DNA of 10,623 nucleotides from Escherichia coli (GTDB lineage Bacteria; Pseudomonadota; Gammaproteobacteria; Enterobacterales; Enterobacteriaceae): NCBI RefSeq assembly GCF_003334815.1, contig NZ_QOWO01000061.1; one strand, 5' to 3'. Shown piece by piece: positions 1 to 7,666 of this stretch (position 1 is its first letter; each line of letters starts with the position of its first letter). The notes under the pieces were generated by a model. It saw only the letters and a program-made list of their open reading frames with translations, ran no database searches and was not told where the DNA came from. The position numbers and the translations under genes were made by a program.

Positions 1-1
1 A

Positions 2-39
2 GGGGTCGTCTCAGAAAACGGAAAATAAAGCACGCTAAG
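2..39. repeat. 38-bp terminal inverted repeat of a Tn21-subgroup transposon (tnpA-proximal end)
   Basis: Sequence GGGGTCGTCTCAGAAAACGGAAAATAAAGCACGCTAAG at the extreme end. The tnpA stop codon (TAG, complement of 35-37) lies inside it, as is typical of Tn3-family elements. Confidence 0.85.
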
Positions 40-3001
40 CCGGTTGCAGAGGCCGTAGCGGCCTGAACTTCCCCGCGCCGATCTTGGCGCTGCTGCGCCA
101 TAGGTAATCACCGGTCAGGTTGATGTGCTCCCAGCCGAGTGGCGACAGGTACTGCAATAGCGAGTCATCGACGGCATGACCATTGCCGCGCAACGCATGC
201 GCCGCACGCTCCAGGTAGACCGTGTTCCACAGCACGATGGCCGCCGTCACCAGGTTGAGGCCGCTGGCCCGGTAGCGCTGCTGCTCGAAACTGCGGTCAC
301 GGATTTCACCAAGGCGGTTGAAGAACACGGCACGGGCCAGCGCATTGCGCGCCTCGCCCTTGTTCAGCCCGGCATGCACGCGGCGGCGTAGCTCGACGCT
401 TTGCAGCCAGTCGAGGATGAACAGCGTGCGCTCGATGCGGCCCAACTCGCGCAGCGCGACGGCCAAGCCGTTCTGGCGCGGGTAGCTGCCGAGTTTCCTG
501 AGCATCAGCGAGGCCGTCACCGTGCCCTGCTTGATCGAGGTGGCCAGCCGCAGGATTTCGTCCCAATGGGCGCGGACGTGCTTGATGTTGAGCGTGCCGC
601 CGATCATCGGCTTGAGCGCGTCATAGGCGGCATCGCCCTTCGGGATGTAGAGCTTGGTGTCGCCCAGGTCGCGGATGCGCGGCGCGAAGCGGAAGCCCAA
701 GAGGTGCATCAGGGCGAAGACGTGATCGGTGAAGCCCGCCGTGTCGGTGTAGTGCTCCTCGATCCGCAGGTCGGATTCGTGGTACAGCAGGCCGTCGAGC
801 ACGTAGGTTGAGTCGCGCAGGCCGACATTGACCACCTTGGTGTGGAATGGCGCGTATTGGTCGGAGATGTGGGTGTAGAAAGTCCGTCCTGGGCTGCTGC
901 CATATTTTGGGTTGATGTGCCCCGTGCTCTTTGCCTTGCTAGCGGTTCGGAAATTCTGTCCGTCCGATGATGATGTGGTGCCATCGCCCCAGTGCCCGGC
1001 AAAGGGATGCCGAAACTGAGCGTTGACCAGTTCAGCCAACGCTGTCGAGTACGTTTCGTCGCGGGTATGCCAGGCTTGCAGCCAAGCGAGCTTCGCGTAG
1101 GTCGTGCCGGGGCAGGACTCGGCCATCTTGGTCAGGCCCAGGTTGATCGCGTCGGCCAGGATCGTGGTCAACAACAGGTTCTTGTCCTTGGCCAGATCGC
1201 CCGATTTCAAGTGCGTGAAGTGCCGGGTGAAGCCCGTCCACTCATCGACTTCGAGCAGCAGTTCGGTGATCTTGACGTGCGGCAGGACCATGGCTGTCTG
1301 GTCTATCAGCGCCTGCGCGGTGTCGGGCACCGCCGCATCCAGCGGCGTGATCTTCAAGCCCGACTCGGTGATGATGGCATCCGGCAGGTCGTTGGCTGCC
1401 GCCATGCGGTTGACGGTGGCAAGTTGTGCTTCCAGCAGCGTCAGCCGCTCATGCAGATATTGTTCGCAGTCGGTGGCCACGGCCAGCGGCAATTCGCTGG
1501 ACTGCTTGAGGCTGGTGAACTTCTCGGGCGGTACCAGGTAGTCCTCGAAGTCCTTGAACTGGCGTGAACCCTGCACCCAGATGTCGCCCGAGCGCAGGGA
1601 GTTCTTCAACTCGGACAGCGCGCACAGTTCGTAGTAGCGCCGGTCGATGCCGGCGTCGGTCATCACCAGTTTCTGCCAGCGCGGCTTGATGAAGCCGGTC
1701 GGTGCATCGGCTGGCAGCTTGCGGGCGTTGTCGGTGTTCATGCCGCGCAGCACCTCAATGGCATCAAGCACGTTTTTGGCGGCGGGCGCGGCCCGCAGCT
1801 TGAGCACGGCAAGGAATTCCGGTGCATAGCGGCGCAGGGTGGCGTAGCTCTCGCCGATGCGATGCAGGAAATCGAAGTCATCGGGTTGCGCGAGCTTCTG
1901 CGCCTCGGTGACGCTCTCGGCAAAGGAATCCCAGGACATGACGGCCTCGATGGCGGCAAACGCATCGCGGCCTGATTGCTTGGCGTCGATCAGCGCCTGA
2001 CCGATGCGCCCGTACAGACGTACCTTGGCGTTGATGGCCTTGCCTGACGCCTGGAACTGCTGCTGATGCTTATTCTTGGCAGCGTTAAACAGCTTACCCA
2101 GGATGCGGTCGTGCAGGTCGATGATTTCGTCGGTGACGGTGGCCATGCCCTCGGTGGCCAGCGCCACGAGAGTGGCGTAGCGCCGTTGCGGCTCGAATTT
2201 GGCCAGGTCGGCGGGTGTCATCTGGCCGCCCTCGCGGGCAATCTTGAGCAGGCGGTTCTGGTGAACCAGCCGCTCGATGCCGGTAGGCAGATCGAGTGCC
2301 TGCCATGCCTTGAGGCGTTCGATGTGTTCCAGCATATGCCGCGAATTTGGCTTGGCCGGAGACTGGCGCAACCAAGCCAACCAGGTCGTCTTGCCGTTGT
2401 CCCGGCGCTTGAGCAGATCGTCGAGGCGGCGGCGATGCGCGTCCGCCAGTGGTTCGGCCAAGGCGTCGTAGATGCGCCGGTTAGCACGGGTGATCGCCTC
2501 GGCACTCGCCCGCTCGACGGCGTTGAGGGCGGGCAGAATGACCGACTGCCGCCGCAGGTGCCCGATCAAGGCGCTGGCCAGCACGATGCCTTTGTCGGTT
2601 TGCATCGCCAGCTCGGTCAGCATCTGGACGGCCTGCCGGTAATGGCTCATGGTGAAGGGCCGGAAACCGAACACGGTTTGCAGCTCGCTCAGGTGCTCGC
2701 GCCGGGTCTGCTCCCGCTGGCCGTACTCGTTCCAGCTTTCGACGCCGACCTTGAGCTGGTCGGCGACCAGCTTCAACAAGGGCGGGAACGGTAGTTCATC
2801 GACGCCCAGGATGACGCCGGGAAAGCGCAGGTAACAGAGCTGCACCGCGAAGCCCAGCCGATTGGCTGGCCCGCGCCGCTGTCGGATGATCGAGAGGTCG
2901 GTATCGTTGAATGTGTAATGTCGGATCAGGTCGTCCTTGGAGTCCGGCAACGCCAGCAGGCTTTCCCGCTCGGCGGCGGACAGGATGGAACGACGTGGCA
3001 T
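35..3001 (-). CDS. tnpA: Tn3-family (Tn21-type) transposase TnpA, 988 aa
   Basis: Single uninterrupted 2967-nt ORF. Length and sequence recognised as Tn21-type TnpA. ATG at 2999-3001 (complement), stop inside the terminal IR. Confidence 0.96.
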   Translation of the reverse strand: MPRRSILSAAERESLLALPDSKDDLIRHYTFNDTDLSIIRQRRGPANRLGFAVQLCYLRFPGVILGVDELPFPPLLKLVADQLKVGVESWNEYGQREQTRREHLSELQTVFGFRPFTMSHYRQAVQMLTELAMQTDKGIVLASALIGHLRRQSVILPALNAVERASAEAITRANRRIYDALAEPLADAHRRRLDDLLKRRDNGKTTWLAWLRQSPAKPNSRHMLEHIERLKAWQALDLPTGIERLVHQNRLLKIAREGGQMTPADLAKFEPQRRYATLVALATEGMATVTDEIIDLHDRILGKLFNAAKNKHQQQFQASGKAINAKVRLYGRIGQALIDAKQSGRDAFAAIEAVMSWDSFAESVTEAQKLAQPDDFDFLHRIGESYATLRRYAPEFLAVLKLRAAPAAKNVLDAIEVLRGMNTDNARKLPADAPTGFIKPRWQKLVMTDAGIDRRYYELCALSELKNSLRSGDIWVQGSRQFKDFEDYLVPPEKFTSLKQSSELPLAVATDCEQYLHERLTLLEAQLATVNRMAAANDLPDAIITESGLKITPLDAAVPDTAQALIDQTAMVLPHVKITELLLEVDEWTGFTRHFTHLKSGDLAKDKNLLLTTILADAINLGLTKMAESCPGTTYAKLAWLQAWHTRDETYSTALAELVNAQFRHPFAGHWGDGTTSSSDGQNFRTASKAKSTGHINPKYGSSPGRTFYTHISDQYAPFHTKVVNVGLRDSTYVLDGLLYHESDLRIEEHYTDTAGFTDHVFALMHLLGFRFAPRIRDLGDTKLYIPKGDAAYDALKPMIGGTLNIKHVRAHWDEILRLATSIKQGTVTASLMLRKLGSYPRQNGLAVALRELGRIERTLFILDWLQSVELRRRVHAGLNKGEARNALARAVFFNRLGEIRDRSFEQQRYRASGLNLVTAAIVLWNTVYLERAAHALRGNGHAVDDSLLQYLSPLGWEHINLTGDYLWRSSAKIGAGKFRPLRPLQPA

Positions 3002-3003
3002 AT

Positions 3004-3564
3004 TTACTGATCCGTTCTCAAGTATTGATACAGGGTTTCGCGACTGATTCCGAATTCACGAGCAAGCTTGGTCTTTTGCTCGCCAGCCTCGACACGTTGG
3101 CGCAGTTCGGCAATACGCTCAGACGACAGGGATTTCTTCCTGCCACGGTAAGCCCCGCGTTGCTTGGCGAGCGCAATACCCTCGCGCTGACGCTCGCGGA
3201 TCAGGGCGCGCTCGAACTCGGCGAACGCGCCCATCACCGAGAGCATCAGGTTCGCCATCGGAGAGTCTTCGCCAGTAAAACTGAGGTGTTCCTTGACGAA
3301 TTCGATATGCACGCCGCGTTGTGTCAGCGTTTGCACGATCCGGCGCAAATCATCGAGATTGCGCGCCAGGCGATCCATGCTATGCACCACCACGGTGTCG
3401 CCGGTGCGGGCGAAGCTTATCAGCGCTTCCAGTTGCGGACGCTTGACATCCTTGCCGGATGCCTTGTCGCTAAAAGCGCGATCAACCTTGACGCCTTCCA
3501 GTTGCCGTTCCGGGTTCTGGTCGAAGGTGCTGACCCTGATATACCCAATGCGCTGTCCAGTCAT
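3004..3564 (-). CDS. tnpR: Serine recombinase / resolvase TnpR, 186 aa
   Basis: N-terminal [10 protein letters not shown] catalytic-serine motif and C-terminal helix-turn-helix region typical of the resolvase/invertase family. Stop codon is 2 bp upstream of the tnpA ATG. Lies directly downstream of the res region. Confidence 0.96.
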   Translation of the reverse strand: MTGQRIGYIRVSTFDQNPERQLEGVKVDRAFSDKASGKDVKRPQLEALISFARTGDTVVVHSMDRLARNLDDLRRIVQTLTQRGVHIEFVKEHLSFTGEDSPMANLMLSVMGAFAEFERALIRERQREGIALAKQRGAYRGRKKSLSSERIAELRQRVEAGEQKTKLAREFGISRETLYQYLRTDQ

Positions 3565-3689
3565 GGAATTCCCTGCAAAATGTCAGGGAAGACTCTATGA
3601 CCTTCAACGAGATATGTCAATAAATTCAAAATTCAATCCTATCCTGACGCAATTTACACATGGCATCTGACATCAGGTTAGGGTATGCC
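3565..3689. promoter_or_regulatory. res site (resolvase binding and crossover region, includes tnpR promoter), boundaries approximate
   Basis: 125-bp AT-richer intergenic region between the tnpR start and tnpM stop. Contains several TGTCA/TGACA-type half-sites (TGTCAG 3581-3586 inside the imperfect palindrome CCCTGCAAAATGTCAGGG 3571-3588; TGTCAA 3615-3620; CTGACG 3644-3649; CTGACA 3667-3672). Subsite assignment (I/II/III) not resolved. Confidence 0.7.
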
Positions 3690-4040
3690 TCAACCTGACG
3701 GCGGCGAATCACAAGCGTCCGGTTTGACGCTGGTTTCGGTCGCAGTGCTGGCCCGCGCCTGGAAGCGCTGATAGCACTCCAGCCCGCAGAAATGCTCCAC
3801 GTACTCGGCCCCTTCCGGCGTGAAGGCGGCATCGAGCGGGATTTCCTTGCAGCACACGCAGCAACTGGTGCTCGGTTCATTGGCGTTCATGGTGGTGTTC
3901 CTCCATTGGTTGACGAAGCCGACGAAGGCCGCCGCCGGCATCGGCCTGGCGAACAGGAAACCCTGCACCGTGTCGCAACCCGCCTGCCGCAACCACGCAA
4001 GGCAGTCGGGTGTTTCCACACCCTCGGCTACCACCTCCAT
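3690..4040 (-). CDS. tnpM: TnpM (historically 'transposition modulator'), 116 aa; actually the C-terminal fragment of an EAL-domain gene (urf2M) split by the integron insertion
   Basis: ATG at 4038-4040 (complement) abuts integron IRi at 4041. Protein begins [10 protein letters not shown]...[13 protein letters not shown], matching the conserved C-terminal end of EAL domains. The 204-aa ORF in the track (3690..4304) is a chimeric read-through into integron DNA. Confidence 0.75.
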
Positions 4041-4065
4041 TGTCGTTTTCAGAAGACGGCTGCAC
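4041..4065. repeat. IRi, 25-bp inverted repeat at the integrase end of the class 1 integron
   Basis: Sequence TGTCGTTTTCAGAAGACGGCTGCAC, recognised as the class 1 integron / Tn402-family terminal repeat. Confidence 0.85.
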
Positions 4066-4242
4066 TGAACGTCAGAAGCCGACTGCACTATAGCAGCGGA
4101 GGGGTTGGATCCATCAGGCAACGACGGGCTGCTGCCGGCCATCAGCGGACGCAGGGAGGACTTTCCGCAACCGGCCGTTCGATGCGGCACCGATGGCCTT
4201 CGCGCAGGGGTAGTGAATCCGCCAGGATTGACTTGCGCTGCC

Positions 4243-5256
4243 CTACCTCTCACTAGTGAGGGGCGGCAGCGCATCAAGCGGTGAGCGCACTCCGGCACCG
4301 CCAACTTTCAGCACATGCGTGTAAATCATCGTCGTAGAGACGTCGGAATGGCCGAGCAGATCCTGCACGGTTCGAATGTCGTAACCGCTGCGGAGCAAGG
4401 CCGTCGCGAACGAGTGGCGGAGGGTGTGCGGTGTGGCGGGCTTCGTGATGCCTGCTTGTTCTACGGCACGTTTGAAGGCGCGCTGAAAGGTCTGGTCATA
4501 CATGTGATGGCGACGCACGACACCGCTCCGTGGATCGGTCGAATGCGTGTGCTGCGCAAAAACCCAGAACCACGGCCAGGAATGCCCGGCGCGCGGATAC
4601 TTCCGCTCAAGGGCGTCGGGAAGCGCAACGCCGCTGCGGCCCTCGGCCTGGTCCTTCAGCCACCATGCCCGTGCACGCGACAGCTGCTCGCGCAGGCTGG
4701 GTGCCAAGCTCTCGGGTAACATCAAGGCCCGATCCTTGGAGCCCTTGCCCTCCCGCACGATGATCGTGCCGTGATCGAAATCCAGATCCTTGACCCGCAG
4801 TTGCAAACCCTCACTGATCCGCATGCCCGTTCCATACAGAAGCTGGGCGAACAAACGATGCTCGCCTTCCAGAAAACCGAGGATGCGAACCACTTCATCC
4901 GGGGTCAGCACCACCGGCAAGCGCCGCGACGGCCGAGGTCTTCCGATCTCCTGAAGCCAGGGCAGATCCGTGCACAGCACCTTGCCGTAGAAGAACAGCA
5001 AGGCCGCCAATGCCTGACGATGCGTGGAGACCGAAACCTTGCGCTCGTTCGCCAGCCAGGACAGAAATGCCTCGACTTCGCTGCTGCCCAAGGTTGCCGG
5101 GTGACGCACACCGTGGAAACGGATGAAGGCACGAACCCAGTGGACATAAGCCTGTTCGGTTCGTAAGCTGTAATGCAAGTAGCGTATGCGCTCACGCAAC
5201 TGGTCCAGAACCTTGACCGAACGCAGCGGTGGTAACGGCGCAGTGGCGGTTTTCAT
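4243..5256 (-). CDS. intI1: Class 1 integron integrase IntI1 (tyrosine recombinase), 337 aa, R32/H39 variant
   Basis: 337-aa ORF recognised as IntI1, with the C-terminal tyrosine-recombinase region (HxxR...Y, ...[16 protein letters not shown]). Divergent from the cassette array. Confidence 0.97.
5141..5169 (+). promoter_or_regulatory. Cassette promoter Pc, weak variant (PcW): -35 TGGACA, 17-bp spacer, -10 TAAGCT, no TGN extension
   Basis: TGGACA at 5141-5146 and TAAGCT at 5164-5169, inside the 5' end of intI1 on the opposite strand. The three bases before the -10 are TCG. Confidence 0.8.
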
Positions 5257-5259
5257 GGC

Positions 5260-5288
5260 TTGTTATGACTGTTTTTTTGGGGTACAGT
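5260..5288 (+). promoter_or_regulatory. Secondary cassette promoter P2, active form (GGG insertion gives a 17-bp spacer): -35 TTGTTA, -10 TACAGT
   Basis: TTGTTA at 5260-5265, spacer 5266-5282 (TGACTGTTTTTTTGGGG, 17 nt), TACAGT at 5283-5288. The GGGG run fits the described GGG insertion that activates P2. Confidence 0.75.
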
Positions 5289-5335
5289 CTATGCCTCGGG
5301 CATCCAAGCAGCAAGCGCGTTACGCCGTGGGTCGA

Positions 5336-5401
5336 TGTTTGATGTTATGGAGCAGCAACGATGTTACGCAGCAGGGCAGTCGCCCTAAAACAAAGTTAAA
5401 C
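5336..5401 (+). other. attI1 integron recombination site (approximate left boundary); crossover in GTTAAAC at 5395-5401
   Basis: Conserved 5'-CS end ...GCCCTAAAACAAAGTTAAAC directly followed by the cassette. The core heptamer fits GTTRRRY. Confidence 0.75.
5361..5399 (+). CDS. Short attI1-embedded ORF (ORF-11-like), 12 codons, likely acts as a translational coupling device for the first cassette
   Basis: ATG at 5361 preceded by GGAG (5349-5352). Stop TAA at 5397-5399 lies inside the attI1 core, 5 nt before the aadA1 ATG, which has no Shine-Dalgarno of its own. Confidence 0.4.
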   Translation: MLRSRAVALKQS

Positions 5402-6250
5402 ATCATGAGGGAAGCGGTGATCGCCGAAGTATCGACTCAACTATCAGAGGTAGTTGGCGTCATCGAGCGCCATCTCGAACCGACGTTGCTGGCCGTACAT
5501 TTGTACGGCTCCGCAGTGGATGGCGGCCTGAAGCCACACAGTGATATTGATTTGCTGGTTACGGTGACCGTAAGGCTTGATGAAACAACGCGGCGAGCTT
5601 TGATCAACGACCTTTTGGAAACTTCGGCTTCCCCTGGAGAGAGCGAGATTCTCCGCGCTGTAGAAGTCACCATTGTTGTGCACGACGACATCATTCCGTG
5701 GCGTTATCCAGCTAAGCGCGAACTGCAATTTGGAGAATGGCAGCGCAATGACATTCTTGCAGGTATCTTCGAGCCAGCCACGATCGACATTGATCTGGCT
5801 ATCTTGCTGACAAAAGCAAGAGAACATAGCGTTGCCTTGGTAGGTCCAGCGGCGGAGGAACTCTTTGATCCGGTTCCTGAACAGGATCTATTTGAGGCGC
5901 TAAATGAAACCTTAACGCTATGGAACTCGCCGCCCGACTGGGCTGGCGATGAGCGAAATGTAGTGCTTACGTTGTCCCGCATTTGGTACAGCGCAGTAAC
6001 CGGCAAAATCGCGCCGAAGGATGTCGCTGCCGACTGGGCAATGGAGCGCCTGCCGGCCCAGTATCAGCCCGTCATACTTGAAGCTAGACAGGCTTATCTT
6101 GGACAAGAAGAAGATCGCTTGGCCTCGCGCGCAGATCAGTTGGAAGAATTTGTCCACTACGTGAAAGGCGAGATCACCAAGGTAGTCGGCAAATAATGTC
6201 TAACAATTCGTTCAAGCCGACGCGCTTCGCGGCGCGGCTTAACTCAAGCG
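5396..6250 (+). mobile_element. aadA1: aadA1 gene cassette (855 bp between the attI1 crossover and the attC crossover)
   Basis: Bounded by GTTAAAC (5395-5401) and GTTAGAT (6250-6256). Single ORF plus a roughly 60-bp attC. Confidence 0.85.
5405..6196 (+). CDS. aadA1: Aminoglycoside (3'')(9) adenylyltransferase AadA1, streptomycin/spectinomycin resistance, 263 aa
   Basis: Protein MREAVIAEVSTQLSEV... recognised as AadA1 (ANT(3'')-Ia). The track ORF 5186..6196 is an in-frame upstream extension through attI1; the ATG at 5405 is the conventional start. Confidence 0.95.
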   Translation: MREAVIAEVSTQLSEVVGVIERHLEPTLLAVHLYGSAVDGGLKPHSDIDLLVTVTVRLDETTRRALINDLLETSASPGESEILRAVEVTIVVHDDIIPWRYPAKRELQFGEWQRNDILAGIFEPATIDIDLAILLTKAREHSVALVGPAAEELFDPVPEQDLFEALNETLTLWNSPPDWAGDERNVVLTLSRIWYSAVTGKIAPKDVAADWAMERLPAQYQPVILEARQAYLGQEEDRLASRADQLEEFVHYVKGEITKVVGK

Positions 6251-6256
6251 TTAGAT
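6198..6256 (+). repeat. attC (59-base element) of the aadA1 cassette
   Basis: Inverse core GTCTAAC (6198-6204) starts 1 nt after the aadA1 stop. Core GTTAGAT at 6250-6256. Internal imperfect dyad (GCCGACGCGCTTCGCGGCGCGGC). Confidence 0.8.
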
Positions 6257-6289
6257 GCACTAAGCACATAATTGCTCACAGCCAAACTA

Positions 6290-6358
6290 TCAGGTCAAGT
6301 CTGCTTTTATTATTTTTAAGCGTGCATAATAAGCCCTACACAAATTGGGAGATATATC
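6290..6358 (+). promoter_or_regulatory. Candidate promoter and RBS region for qacEdelta1/sul1 at the start of the 3'-CS
   Basis: AT-rich stretch with a TGcATAAT-like -10 element (6323-6330) and a GGGAG Shine-Dalgarno (6347-6351) 7 nt before the ATG. The -35 is not confidently assigned. Confidence 0.35.
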
Positions 6359-6706
6359 ATGAAAGGCTGGCTTTTTCTTGTTATCGCAATAGTTGGCGAA
6401 GTAATCGCAACATCCGCATTAAAATCTAGCGAGGGCTTTACTAAGCTTGCCCCTTCCGCCGTTGTCATAATCGGTTATGGCATCGCATTTTATTTTCTTT
6501 CTCTGGTTCTGAAATCCATCCCTGTCGGTGTTGCTTATGCAGTCTGGTCGGGACTCGGCGTCGTCATAATTACAGCCATTGCCTGGTTGCTTCATGGGCA
6601 AAAGCTTGATGCGTGGGGCTTTGTAGGTATGGGGCTCATAATTGCTGCCTTTTTGCTCGCCCGATCCCCATCGTGGAAGTCGCTGCGGAGGCCGACGCCA
6701 TGGTGA
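6359..6706 (+). CDS. qacEdelta1: QacEdelta1, truncated SMR-family quaternary ammonium compound efflux protein, 115 aa
   Basis: Protein [27 protein letters not shown]... is SMR-family. Recognised as the 3'-CS qacEdelta1 variant with an altered C-terminus. Overlaps the sul1 start by 7 nt. Confidence 0.95.
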   Translation: MKGWLFLVIAIVGEVIATSALKSSEGFTKLAPSAVVIIGYGIAFYFLSLVLKSIPVGVAYAVWSGLGVVIITAIAWLLHGQKLDAWGFVGMGLIIAAFLLARSPSWKSLRRPTPW

Positions 6707-7539
6707 CGGTGTTCGGCATTCTGAATCTCACCGAGGACTCCTTCTTCGATGAGAGCCGGCGGCTAGACCCCGCCGGCGCTGTCACCGCGGCGATCGAAAT
6801 GCTGCGAGTCGGATCAGACGTCGTGGATGTCGGACCGGCCGCCAGCCATCCGGACGCGAGGCCTGTATCGCCGGCCGATGAGATCAGACGTATTGCGCCG
6901 CTCTTAGACGCCCTGTCCGATCAGATGCACCGTGTTTCAATCGACAGCTTCCAACCGGAAACCCAGCGCTATGCGCTCAAGCGCGGCGTGGGCTACCTGA
7001 ACGATATCCAAGGATTTCCTGACCCTGCGCTCTATCCCGATATTGCTGAGGCGGACTGCAGGCTGGTGGTTATGCACTCAGCGCAGCGGGATGGCATCGC
7101 CACCCGCACCGGTCACCTTCGACCCGAAGACGCGCTCGACGAGATTGTGCGGTTCTTCGAGGCGCGGGTTTCCGCCTTGCGACGGAGCGGGGTCGCTGCC
7201 GACCGGCTCATCCTCGATCCGGGGATGGGATTTTTCTTGAGCCCCGCACCGGAAACATCGCTGCACGTGCTGTCGAACCTTCAAAAGCTGAAGTCGGCGT
7301 TGGGGCTTCCGCTATTGGTCTCGGTGTCGCGGAAATCCTTCTTGGGCGCCACCGTTGGCCTTCCTGTAAAGGATCTGGGTCCAGCGAGCCTTGCGGCGGA
7401 ACTTCACGCGATCGGCAATGGCGCTGACTACGTCCGCACCCACGCGCCTGGAGATCTGCGAAGCGCAATCACCTTCTCGGAAACCCTCGCGAAATTTCGC
7501 AGTCGCGACGCCAGAGACCGAGGGTTAGATCATGCCTAG
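6700..7539 (+). CDS. sul1: Sul1, sulfonamide-resistant dihydropteroate synthase, 279 aa
   Basis: Protein [28 protein letters not shown]... recognised as Sul1 (DHPS fold). GGAGG Shine-Dalgarno at 6688-6692. The track ORF 6613..7539 is an upstream in-frame extension overlapping qacEdelta1. Confidence 0.97.
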   Translation: MVTVFGILNLTEDSFFDESRRLDPAGAVTAAIEMLRVGSDVVDVGPAASHPDARPVSPADEIRRIAPLLDALSDQMHRVSIDSFQPETQRYALKRGVGYLNDIQGFPDPALYPDIAEADCRLVVMHSAQRDGIATRTGHLRPEDALDEIVRFFEARVSALRRSGVAADRLILDPGMGFFLSPAPETSLHVLSNLQKLKSALGLPLLVSVSRKSFLGATVGLPVKDLGPASLAAELHAIGNGADYVRTHAPGDLRSAITFSETLAKFRSRDARDRGLDHA

Positions 7540-7666
7540 CATTCACCTTCCGGCCGCCCGCTAGCGGACCCTGGTCAGGTTCCGCGAAGGTGGGCGCAGA
7601 CATGCTGGGCTCGTCAGGATCAAACTGCACTATGAGGCGGCGGTTCATACCGCGCCAGGGGAGCGA

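Noticed and set aside
176..2794. Numerous plus- and minus-strand ORFs of 60-242 aa inside the tnpA region (for example 401..811, 992..1567, 1104..1541, 2066..2794, 2218..2505)
   Set aside because: All are antisense or out of frame to the continuous 988-aa tnpA ORF, in GC-rich DNA where stop codons are rare. Their proteins are low-complexity (R/A/G/P-rich) with no recognisable motifs or ribosome-binding sites.
2911..3670. Plus-strand ORFs 2911..3600 (229 aa) and 3293..3670 (125 aa) opposite tnpR
   Set aside because: Antisense shadows of the well-supported tnpR gene; they also run through the res site. No SD or conserved domain.
3626..4304. ORFs 3626..3880, 3792..4256, 3820..4068 and 3877..4065, and the 204-aa form of 3690..4304
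   Set aside because: They overlap tnpM or span the IRi junction, so they would be chimeric across an insertion boundary. Only the 116-aa tnpM frame starting at 4040 has a conserved-domain signature.
4315..5195. Plus- and minus-strand ORFs overlapping intI1 (4315..4719, 4530..4763, 4547..4774, 4771..5166, 4905..5195)
   Set aside because: Antisense or alternate-frame to the intact 337-aa intI1. Part of this region carries Pc, which explains the conservation without another gene.
5186..5404. N-terminal extension of aadA1 (track ORF starting at 5186) and of sul1 (track ORF starting at 6613)
   Set aside because: The extensions run through Pc/P2/attI1 and through the qacEdelta1 3' end respectively. 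The internal ATGs at 5405 and 6700 give the canonical 263-aa and 279-aa proteins, and sul1 has a proper SD at 6688-6692.
5437..6157. Minus-strand ORFs inside aadA1 (5437..5694, 5444..5827, 5704..6006, 5918..6157) and the plus ORF 6196..6429 spanning attC
   Set aside because: Antisense to aadA1 or running through the attC and 3'-CS promoter region. No initiation signals; composition-driven.
7524..7530. GTTAGAT heptamer near the 3' end of sul1, identical to the aadA1 attC core
   Set aside because: GTTRRRY matches are expected many times by chance in 10 kb. There is no paired inverse core or attC-like dyad nearby, so it is not evidence of a cryptic cassette boundary.
7558..7567. 10-bp perfect palindrome CCGCTAGCGG just downstream of sul1, considered as a terminator
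   Set aside because: The stem is only 4-5 bp with no following T-tract, which is too weak to call an intrinsic terminator. Such short GC palindromes occur by chance in GC-rich DNA.
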